A DNA stretch of 64,000 nt from an uncultured Clostridia bacterium (GTDB lineage Bacteria > Bacillota > Clostridia > TANB77 > CAG-508), in contig CALXZX010000005.1 in assembly GCA_944393375.1 (NCBI GenBank), positions 1,293-65,292 on the forward strand, written 5' to 3'. Below are positions 19,119 to 27,016 of the stretch, one piece after another (position 1 is the stretch's first letter; each line of letters starts with the position of its first letter). A program made the position numbers and the translations under genes. The notes beneath the pieces were generated by a model. The model was not told where the DNA came from. It made no database searches and worked only from the letters and a program-made list of their open reading frames with translations.

Positions 19119-19767
19119 ATGGAAACATTAATTGTATCAGGTGGAGATATCAATATTGAAGAATTAAAAATATATTGTGAAAAACATGTACGGACAAAAT
19201 ATAATTGCTGGAGATAAAGGATTAGAGGCTTTATATCAATTGAAAATGATACCAAATCATGTAGTAGGAGATTTTGATTCTGTTTCTTCCGAAATTTTAG
19301 AATTTTATAAAAAACAACCTCAAATTATTTTTCATACATATCGTGCTGAAAAAGATAATACAGATACAGATATTGCTTTAAAGTTAGCGATTCAATTAAA
19401 AAGTTCTAAGATTACTATGCTAGGAGCATTAGGAAAGAGAATGGATCATGCACTTGCCAATATTCATATATTAAAAGATGCATTAGAAGCCAATATTCCT
19501 TGTCAAATTCTAGATGAATATAATCGAATTTATCTAATAAACAAAGAAATAGTTTTAGAAAAAGATAAAGTTTATGGAAAATATATATCATTAATTCCTT
19601 TGACGAGTACAGTAGAAGAACTAACTTTAACTGGTTTTAAATATCCTTTAAATCATTATACATTGACAATAGGAACCAGTTTAGGAATTAGTAATGAAAT
19701 GATAGAAGATAGGGCACATGTAAAAATGGAAAAGGGAATTTTGATTGTAGTAGAAAGTAAAGATTAA
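19119..19767 (+). CDS. thiN: thiamine pyrophosphokinase, split by a +1 frameshift near 19191
   Basis: METLIVSGGD N-terminus in frame 0 from ATG 19119 (AAGGAG SD); IIAGDKG, GDFDS, KDNTDT, LGKRMDH continue in the +1 frame. Confidence 0.9.
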
Positions 19768-19789
19768 AAAGAAAATGAGTAGTGATTTG

Positions 19790-19840
19790 AAAAAAACTCC
19801 TCAAGAAGTAATAAGTAAATCTTCTTGAGGAATTTTTTTT
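19790..19840 (+). terminator. intrinsic terminator after thiN
   Basis: CCTCAAGAAG...CTTCTTGAGG stem followed by a T-run. Confidence 0.65.
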
Positions 19841-19854
19841 CTAAATGATAACAC

Positions 19855-19894
19855 AAAAAGGGAATTTTGAGTCCGTCCCCAAAATCCCTTTTTT
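19855..19894 (-). repeat. REP-like palindrome, family A copy 3 (immediately after porB stop)
   Basis: AAAAAGGGAATTTTGAGTCCGTCCCCAAAATCCCTTTTTT. Confidence 0.9.
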
Positions 19895-19895
19895 A

Positions 19896-20852
19896 TTATT
19901 TATTTTTATTTGTGATTTCTTCTAAATCTAATAATTCTTGCCATCTTTCATCAACAATTTTTTGGAAGTCTTCAATCATCCATTCATTTCCAGGTTTAAA
20001 CATATGTCTAAATCTTTTTTGTGGTTTTAAGAATTCTTCAATTGGTAATTTTTTAGCTGGTTTATATGAAATATGATATACACCATTTACAACTTCATAT
20101 AATGGCCAATAGCATGTTTCAACAGCAAGTTTATTGATTTTCATTAAATCTTCTGTTGGATATCCCCATCCTCTAGGACATGGTGACATGACATTTAAAA
20201 ATGCTGGACCTTCTGTATAAATGGCTTTTTCAGCTTTTTCATATAAATCTTTAAAATTCATATATGCAATGGTTTGAGCAACATAAGGAATATGATGTCC
20301 TACCATGATTTTACTTAAATCTTTTCTACATTGTGTTTTTCCAGGAATAACGGTTCCAGCAGGTGAGGTAGTGGTATCTGCATATTTAGGTGTTGCAGAA
20401 GAACGTTGAATACCTGTATTCATGTATGCACCATTATCATAACATACATATACCATATCATGTCCTCTTTCCATAGCTCCTGATAATGATTGTAAACCAA
20501 TATCATATGTTCCACCATCTCCACCAAAGGCGATGAATTTTGTATCACCATCAGCTGGTAATTTTCCTTGTTTTTTCATAGAAACATAAGCTGCTTCTGC
20601 TCCTGCAAGTGTAGCACCTGCACATTCAAAAGCTGTATGTATAAATGAATCTGTCCAAGCAGTATATGGATAGATAAAAGTAGAAACTTCCATACATCCA
20701 GTAGCATTGGCAACAACTGCATGGTCTTCTGGTTTTAAAGCTCTCATAATATGTCTTGCAACAGGAGGAGCTCCACAACCAGCACACATTCTGTGTCCAG
20801 AAGTAAATCTTGAAGGTTTATTCGCAACGATTTCTTTTACATTATAAGGCAT
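19896..20852 (-). CDS. porB: pyruvate:ferredoxin oxidoreductase beta subunit
   Basis: GHRMCAGCG, ATGCMEV, GGDGGTYDIG (TPP motif), YDNGAYMNTGIQRS, SPCPRGW. Confidence 0.95.
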   Translation of the reverse strand: MPYNVKEIVANKPSRFTSGHRMCAGCGAPPVARHIMRALKPEDHAVVANATGCMEVSTFIYPYTAWTDSFIHTAFECAGATLAGAEAAYVSMKKQGKLPADGDTKFIAFGGDGGTYDIGLQSLSGAMERGHDMVYVCYDNGAYMNTGIQRSSATPKYADTTTSPAGTVIPGKTQCRKDLSKIMVGHHIPYVAQTIAYMNFKDLYEKAEKAIYTEGPAFLNVMSPCPRGWGYPTEDLMKINKLAVETCYWPLYEVVNGVYHISYKPAKKLPIEEFLKPQKRFRHMFKPGNEWMIEDFQKIVDERWQELLDLEEITNKNK

Positions 20853-22045
20853 TATTTGTCACCTTCCTTTCTTAATCCTAAATAACGATAAGGATTATCT
20901 ATTTTTCCAGTTTTTACGATTTCTGATAAATCTGTATATACACTTTCGATGTCATCAGCTTTTGTATCTCTACCACCAATACCATATACATAATTTACTG
21001 CAGGTACATGAATATTGTTTACATACATAGCAGATGTAACATCTTCAAATAAAGCACCACCAGCAGCATTTAAAGAATCTGCTTTATCTAATACGGCAAT
21101 TGCTTTTAGATGTGATAATGCTTTCGCAATTTCTTCTACTGGGAATGGTCTAAATACACGAAGTTTTAATAAACCTGCTTTTACACCTTGTTCTCTTAAT
21201 TTATCAACAACAAATTTGGTTGTACCAGCTGTTGAGTTCATACAAACAATGGCGATTCCTGCATCATCTAATTTATATTCTTCAAAAAGACCATATTTTC
21301 TACCAGTCATTTTTTCAAAATCTTTTGCTACATCTAAAATAACTTGTTTTGCATTTTTCATAGCTTCTGCTTGTTGTGCTTTATGTTCAAATAAATAGCT
21401 TTGCAAATCTAATGGACCAACAGCAATTGGTTCATTTTTATTTAATAAATAATGTTCTGGTTTATATGTTCCGACAAATTCTTTTACTTTGTCGTCTTCA
21501 ACAAGTTCTATATTTTCAATAGAATGAGAAGTAATAAATCCATCTTGGCAAACCATTAATGGAAGCATAACATTTTTATTCTCTGCAATTTTATGTGCCA
21601 TTAAAAGGTTATCATAAGCTTCTTGGTTGTTTTCTGAGAATAACATAATCCAACCAGCATCTCTAACACCCATAGCATCTGAATGATCATTATGAATGTT
21701 TAAAGGTCCTGATACAGCTCTGTTTACTAAAGACATAACGATAGGTAAACGTAAGCTAGAAGCAATATAGATCATTTCCCACATTAAAGATAAGCCATTG
21801 GCAGATGTAGCTGTCATAGCTCTTGCTCCTGCTGCTTCTGCACCAATACAAGCGCTCATAGCACTGTGTTCACTTTCAACAGCAACAAATTCAGTATCTA
21901 CAAGACCATTATCAACAAAAGTTGAAAAGTATTGTGGAATTTCTGTTGAAGGTGTAATAGGGAAGGCTGCGACAACATCTGGATTAATTTGTTTCATAGC
22001 AGTTGCTGCTGCTTCATTACCACTTAATCTTTCTCTAATACTCAT
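20852..22045 (-). CDS. porA: pyruvate:ferredoxin oxidoreductase alpha subunit
   Basis: SGNEAAA, AFPITPSTE, VESEHSAMSAC, DGFITSH, RVFRPFP; ATG at 22045. Confidence 0.95.
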   Translation of the reverse strand: MSIRERLSGNEAAATAMKQINPDVVAAFPITPSTEIPQYFSTFVDNGLVDTEFVAVESEHSAMSACIGAEAAGARAMTATSANGLSLMWEMIYIASSLRLPIVMSLVNRAVSGPLNIHNDHSDAMGVRDAGWIMLFSENNQEAYDNLLMAHKIAENKNVMLPLMVCQDGFITSHSIENIELVEDDKVKEFVGTYKPEHYLLNKNEPIAVGPLDLQSYLFEHKAQQAEAMKNAKQVILDVAKDFEKMTGRKYGLFEEYKLDDAGIAIVCMNSTAGTTKFVVDKLREQGVKAGLLKLRVFRPFPVEEIAKALSHLKAIAVLDKADSLNAAGGALFEDVTSAMYVNNIHVPAVNYVYGIGGRDTKADDIESVYTDLSEIVKTGKIDNPYRYLGLRKEGDK

Positions 22046-22046
22046 A

Positions 22047-22355
22047 TTATTCAACACCTTCCTCTCTCATTTCAATAGCACCGAAAGGACATACTTTGGC
22101 ACATACACCGCAACCTTTACAGTAATCATAATTGAAATCTTTTCTTTTTAAATCTTCTTTTCCTACTGGAATAGCATCTTCTGGGCAAACAGGAAAGCAT
22201 AAACCACATTGTTTACATTTATCAGATAGAAATACAGGGTAAGAACTTCTCCAGTCACCTGTTTTAAAATCTCTTGCATTTCCAGCAGTATAAATATCAC
22301 CACCAGGAGTTAATTTCTCCATAGGTGTGTTTGCATTTATATCTGTCATAATCAT
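22047..22355 (-). CDS. porD: pyruvate:ferredoxin oxidoreductase delta subunit
   Basis: KTGDWR; two 4Fe-4S motifs, CKQCGLCFPVCP and CKGCGVCAKVCP. Confidence 0.95.
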   Translation of the reverse strand: MIMTDINANTPMEKLTPGGDIYTAGNARDFKTGDWRSSYPVFLSDKCKQCGLCFPVCPEDAIPVGKEDLKRKDFNYDYCKGCGVCAKVCPFGAIEMREEGVE

Positions 22356-22372
22356 TCACATTCCTTTCATAA

Positions 22373-22954
22373 TTATTGAACTTTCTTAACTTCTTTTAAA
22401 GCCATTTCTAATGCTTTCATATTTCCGTCTATCACTTCAGGTTTCTTAGCAAATTTATGTTTAAAAGAACCTTTCATATCTTCTAATAATTCATCATCAG
22501 TCATAATTTTACTTACTTTTACAATGGCTGCTAGCATAGGTGTATTTGGAAAATACTTTCCTAAAGCCTCCTCTGAGATTTTTCTAGCATCGATTGTGTA
22601 AACTTCTCCAGAATATCCTTTTAACGCTTTTTTTAGATATTCAGCAGATTTTGTTGTGTTAATAACAATAGCTCCTGTTTCTTTTAAACCAGAAGTAACA
22701 TCAACTGATTCTAAAAGCGTGTCATCGACAACTACCACATAATCTGGTTCATAAATATTACTATGAATTGTGATAGGTGTTTTGCTAATTCTGTTGTATG
22801 CAGTGATAGGGGCACCCATTCTTTCAGGACCATATTCAGGAAATCCTTGAATATATTTGCCAGTATTAAAAGCTGCATCAGCTAGTAATAAAGATGCTGT
22901 TTTGGCACCTTGACCACCTCTACCATGCCATCTAATTTCTATCATGTTATCCAT
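22373..22954 (-). CDS. porC: pyruvate:ferredoxin oxidoreductase gamma subunit
   Basis: EIRWHGRGGQGAKTA, FPEYGPERMGAP. Confidence 0.95.
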   Translation of the reverse strand: MDNMIEIRWHGRGGQGAKTASLLLADAAFNTGKYIQGFPEYGPERMGAPITAYNRISKTPITIHSNIYEPDYVVVVDDTLLESVDVTSGLKETGAIVINTTKSAEYLKKALKGYSGEVYTIDARKISEEALGKYFPNTPMLAAIVKVSKIMTDDELLEDMKGSFKHKFAKKPEVIDGNMKALEMALKEVKKVQ

Positions 22955-22991
22955 TCTTAATTGCCTCCTTTTATTAAAATTTTACGACTTT

Positions 22992-23020
22992 AGTATATGC
23001 CTAAATGGTCTTAATGTCAA
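22992..23020 (-). promoter_or_regulatory. sigma-A promoter of porCDAB
   Basis: Minus strand TTGACA-17-TATACT. Confidence 0.75.
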
Positions 23021-23137
23021 TACATTTGACTAAAAGGACAGATGAAAAAAATTTAAAGAAATTACTTGTATAATAGCAATAAGTGTGATATAAATATAAG
23101 TATAAAAATAAAGCTAAGGAAGAAAGGCGGAGTTTTT

Positions 23138-23872
23138 GTGGAAGAAGAAATAGATAGAGATCAAAAAACAATTTTAATTGTTGATGATGAACAACCAATA
23201 AGGGAAATATTAGTATATAATTTGAAAAAAGAAGGATATAATGTCATTGAAGCAAGTGATGGTGTAACAGCACTAAATATTGCTTTAGAACAATACCCAG
23301 ATTTAATTTTGCTAGATATCATGCTTCCAAAAATGGATGGGTTGTCTGTATGTAAAAGAATAAAAAATTCATATAATGTACCAATTTTGATGCTAACAGC
23401 AAAAGATAGTGAAATTGATAAAATATTGGGATTAGAATTAGGTGCAGATGACTATATTACAAAACCATTTAGTGTTAGAGAATTAATTGCAAGGGTAAAA
23501 GCAAATTTAAGAAAAGTAGAAAATATGTCTATGTCAAGAATAGATAATGACAATTCAAAAAAGAAAGAAAATAAAATTATTGTTAATGATTTAGAACTAG
23601 ACTTAGACAAATTTGAGGTGAAAATCAGAGGAGAAGTTATTGATTTAACAGTAAGAGAATTTGAGGTTATTAAATTTTTAGCATCACAACCTGGACAAGT
23701 AGTTACAAGAGAAACATTATTAGAGAAAGTTTGGGGATATGAATATTATGGGGATATTAGAACAGTAGATGTAACTGTAAGAAGAATTAGAGAGAAAATT
23801 GAAAAAGATACATCATCACCAAAAATATTAATAACGAAAAGAGGAGTCGGATATTATATAGCTTCTAAATAA
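23138..23872 (+). CDS. OmpR-family response regulator, WalR/YycF-like
   Basis: ILIVDDE, LDIMLP, LTAK, DDYITKPFS, TRETLLEKVWGYEYYGDIRTVDVTVRRIREKIE, TKRGVGY; GTG start. Confidence 0.92.
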   Translation: MEEEIDRDQKTILIVDDEQPIREILVYNLKKEGYNVIEASDGVTALNIALEQYPDLILLDIMLPKMDGLSVCKRIKNSYNVPILMLTAKDSEIDKILGLELGADDYITKPFSVRELIARVKANLRKVENMSMSRIDNDNSKKKENKIIVNDLELDLDKFEVKIRGEVIDLTVREFEVIKFLASQPGQVVTRETLLEKVWGYEYYGDIRTVDVTVRRIREKIEKDTSSPKILITKRGVGYYIASK

Positions 23873-23881
23873 AGAAATTTA

Positions 23882-23917
23882 AGGAAAACCTGGAAATATC
23901 CATGTTTTCCTTTTTTA
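23882..23917 (+). terminator. intrinsic terminator after the response regulator
   Basis: AAGGAAAAC...GTTTTCCTT followed by a T-run. Confidence 0.65.
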
Positions 23918-24101
23918 TTGAATAGAAAAAGCAATTTTTTACGTCGACAAATTTTTACACTTCTTCGAGAACTTAAAAAAATATATAGTTAAATTAGAAA
24001 AGTAGAGAAAAAGTTTTCATGAAGTGGGATTTGTCCTGGGTATCTGGTTATAATTTTTAATTAATAAATGAAATAATTGGAATAAAAGGAAGGAATAAAA
24101 A

Positions 24102-25157
24102 ATGGATAGAACAAAAACAAGAAAAGTTATGGTAGGAGATGTACAAATAGGTGGACAAAACAAAGTGGTTATTCAATCTATGTGTAATACCAAAACAAAA
24201 GATGTAAAGGCAACTGTAAAGCAAATATTAGATTTAGAAAAAGTAGGATGTGAAATTATTAGAGTAGCAGCATTAGATATGGAAGATGCGAAAGCGATAA
24301 AAGAAATAAAAAAGCAAATTCATATTCCAATTGTTGCAGACATACATTTTGATTATAAAATAGCATTAGAAGCTATAAAAGCAGGAGTCGATAAAGTTAG
24401 AATTAATCCAGGAAATATTGGAAGTGAAGAAAAAGTAAAAGCAGTTGTAGACCAATGTAAAGAACACCATATTCCTATTAGAATAGGTGTGAATGCAGGT
24501 TCTTTAGAAAAAGATTTGTTGGAACAATATGGAAAGCCAACAGCGAAGGCAATGGTTGAAAGTGCAAGAAGACATATAGAAATATTAGAAAAATTAGATT
24601 TTAAAGATTATTTAATTTCACTAAAGGCATCAAATTTAGATTTATGTATAGAAAGTTATGAAGAAGCAGCAAAAACTTTTGATTGTCCATTACATTTAGG
24701 AATTACAGAAAGTGGAACAGAATTCAGTGGAACGGTGAAATCTAGTATTGGATTAGGATATATGCTAAGAAATGGAATAGGAGATACTATAAGGGTTTCT
24801 CTTTCAGAAGACCCAATAAAAGAGATTAAAGTAGCAAAAGAAATATTAAAAGATTGTAATTTATATCATAAAGTACCAACATTGGTAGCTTGTCCGACTT
24901 GTGGAAGAACACAAATTGATTTAATTCCAATAGCTAAAGAAGTAGAAGCGTTTTTAAGTACGATAGAATCAGATATCACAGTAGCTGTCATGGGATGTGC
25001 AGTAAATGGACCAGGAGAAGCAAGAGAAGCAGATATAGGAATAGCAGGTGGTGTGAAAGAAGGTCTATTATTTAAAAAAGGCGAAATTATTAAAAAAGTG
25101 CCACAAGAAAACATTGTAGAAGTATTAAAACAAGAAATTTTAGAGATGATAAAATAA
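24102..25157 (+). CDS. ispG: (E)-4-hydroxy-3-methylbut-2-enyl-diphosphate synthase
   Basis: [51 protein letters not shown]. Confidence 0.98.
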   Translation: MDRTKTRKVMVGDVQIGGQNKVVIQSMCNTKTKDVKATVKQILDLEKVGCEIIRVAALDMEDAKAIKEIKKQIHIPIVADIHFDYKIALEAIKAGVDKVRINPGNIGSEEKVKAVVDQCKEHHIPIRIGVNAGSLEKDLLEQYGKPTAKAMVESARRHIEILEKLDFKDYLISLKASNLDLCIESYEEAAKTFDCPLHLGITESGTEFSGTVKSSIGLGYMLRNGIGDTIRVSLSEDPIKEIKVAKEILKDCNLYHKVPTLVACPTCGRTQIDLIPIAKEVEAFLSTIESDITVAVMGCAVNGPGEAREADIGIAGGVKEGLLFKKGEIIKKVPQENIVEVLKQEILEMIK

Positions 25158-25159
25158 GA

Positions 25160-26035
25160 ATGGAGAAAAAGAATATGGAAATAATAGTGGGAAAAACAGC
25201 AGGTTTTTGTTATGGCGTAAAAAGAGCAGTAGATGGAGCAAAAGAAGAATTAAAACAAAATGAAACACTATATGGATTAGGAGAAATTGTACATAATCAA
25301 GAAGTGGTAAAAGAATTAGAAAATCTAGGAATGCAATTTATTGAGAATATAGAAGATGCTAATGGAAAGACGATTATTCGCGCACATGGTATTCCAAAAC
25401 AAATGTATGAACAAGCAAGAAAAAAACAGATAGAACTAATAGATTATACTTGTCCAAAAGTATTGAAAATTCATCAAATTGCAGAAGAATATGCGAATAA
25501 AGGGTACTATATATTTCTTTTAGGAAATAAAAAACATCCAGAAATTATAGGAACATTAAGTTATTGTGGAGAAAATAAATTTATAATAGAAAAAGAAGAT
25601 GATACAATAAAGGCATTAGAAGCACTTGAAAAGTCAGGAATAAAAAACGTATTAGTGATTTCTCAAACAACATATAGTTTGGAGAAATTTTATATCATAG
25701 AAGAATTTATAAAAAATGAAATACCAAGAAATATAAAAGTAGTGATAAAAAATACCATATGTCAGGCAACAGAAATTAGACAAAAAGAAACAGAAGAAAT
25801 GGCAAAAAAAGTAGATTGCATGATTGTTATCGGAGGAAAAAATAGTTCTAACACCAAAAAATTATATGAAATTGCAATACAATATTGTAAAATAGTTTTA
25901 TTGATAGAAAATGAAACAGAATTAGCACTACATAACATTAAAGCCAATAATAAAGTGGGAATTATGGCAGGAGCTTCAACACCAAGAGAAAGCATAGAAA
26001 AGGTAATTGAAAAACTAAAAAAAGTTTCTTCTTAG
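25160..26035 (+). CDS. ispH: 4-hydroxy-3-methylbut-2-enyl diphosphate reductase
   Basis: AGFCYGVKRA, IVHN, IRAHG, TCPKV, SQTT, TIC.AT..RQ, SSNT, AGASTP. Confidence 0.96.
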   Translation: MEKKNMEIIVGKTAGFCYGVKRAVDGAKEELKQNETLYGLGEIVHNQEVVKELENLGMQFIENIEDANGKTIIRAHGIPKQMYEQARKKQIELIDYTCPKVLKIHQIAEEYANKGYYIFLLGNKKHPEIIGTLSYCGENKFIIEKEDDTIKALEALEKSGIKNVLVISQTTYSLEKFYIIEEFIKNEIPRNIKVVIKNTICQATEIRQKETEEMAKKVDCMIVIGGKNSSNTKKLYEIAIQYCKIVLLIENETELALHNIKANNKVGIMAGASTPRESIEKVIEKLKKVSS

Positions 26036-26108
26036 ATTTAAGTTAACGATGAAATGTGATGTTTGTCGAACTTTGCGATGAAAAATAGAAAAAATGAAAA
26101 AGAACTTG

Positions 26109-26137
26109 TTGACAAGTTCTTTTTTTGACAGTATACT
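26109..26137 (+). promoter_or_regulatory. sigma-A promoter; perfect TGTCGAA (Spo0A-box consensus) upstream at 26064-26070
   Basis: TTGACA-17-TATACT. Confidence 0.6.
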
Positions 26138-26322
26138 GAAAGAAATTATATAATTTTTATTCAATAGAAATTTCTATTTATTTGTTAGTTATTAGTTATC
26201 TATATTTTATTAAGTTTGAATTTTTGTCTATTAAAATTCCATAATTAATCAAAATAAAATTTTAAAAGTTTGAATGAAATATGTGAAAAGGAGGTTAGTT
26301 TTAGTGCACTAAAATCATATAT

Positions 26323-26952
26323 ATGAATCGAAAATTTGTTGGAAAAAGTAATTTTGTACTAAGGCGTGTCTTAAACACAAAAGAGAATATAGATATATTA
26401 AAAGAATTTATAGAGGTGATGCTAAATTTAAAGATAAAAGAAGCAAAAATTAATCCATATTTAGAAAAAATGAAAGAGCATTTACCAGCAGAAGAAAATT
26501 TTGGTATTGCAGATTTAAGAATCAAAACAACTGAAAACGAAGAACGAAATGTGGGAATACAAATTATTGATGGAGAACATGTTTTGACAAAAATGTTATT
26601 GTATTATGCACAAATTCACGGAAATCAATTAGAATATGATGAAGATAGAAAAATTGCAAAAACAAATACCATCAATATATTAGATTTTGTATTAAATAAG
26701 GATTTAGATTATCATAGTAGAATGATTGTAAGTGAAGGAACAATGACCAATGTTATAAATGATTATCTTGAAATCCATATTTTGCAATTACCAAAATTCC
26801 AAATTGAAGATAGCGAAAACATAACATTAAAACAAGCATGGATGAGTTATTTAAAGGGAGAAAATTCAATAGAAGCTATCAAGAAAAGTAAACAAATAAA
26901 AAAATTAGATTGGTTACTTGAAAAGTATTGGAAGGAGGAGGTAATGGAATAG
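26323..26952 (+). CDS. Rpn/YhgA-like PD-(D/E)XK family protein, divergent
   Basis: Resembles the Rpn layout (NFVLRRVL..ENIDILKEF; GIADLRIK; NVGIQI; RMLxYY-like KMLLYYAQ; LEIHILQLPKF; W..YL); recognised by eye only. Confidence 0.6.
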   Translation: MNRKFVGKSNFVLRRVLNTKENIDILKEFIEVMLNLKIKEAKINPYLEKMKEHLPAEENFGIADLRIKTTENEERNVGIQIIDGEHVLTKMLLYYAQIHGNQLEYDEDRKIAKTNTINILDFVLNKDLDYHSRMIVSEGTMTNVINDYLEIHILQLPKFQIEDSENITLKQAWMSYLKGENSIEAIKKSKQIKKLDWLLEKYWKEEVME

Positions 26953-26955
26953 AAA

Positions 26956-27008
26956 TAAAAGAAACATACATAGAAATCTTTGATTTCACATGCATGTTTC
27001 TTTTTATA
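26956..27008. terminator. bidirectional terminator between convergent genes
   Basis: AAAAGAAACAT...ATGTTTCTTTT hairpin with A- and T-runs on both sides. Confidence 0.6.
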
Positions 27009-27016
27009 TGTATAGA

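Noticed and set aside
23943-23950. 6/7 Spo0A-box matches upstream of ispG and ftsA (about 40067)
   Set aside because: Imperfect single heptamers are expected by chance.
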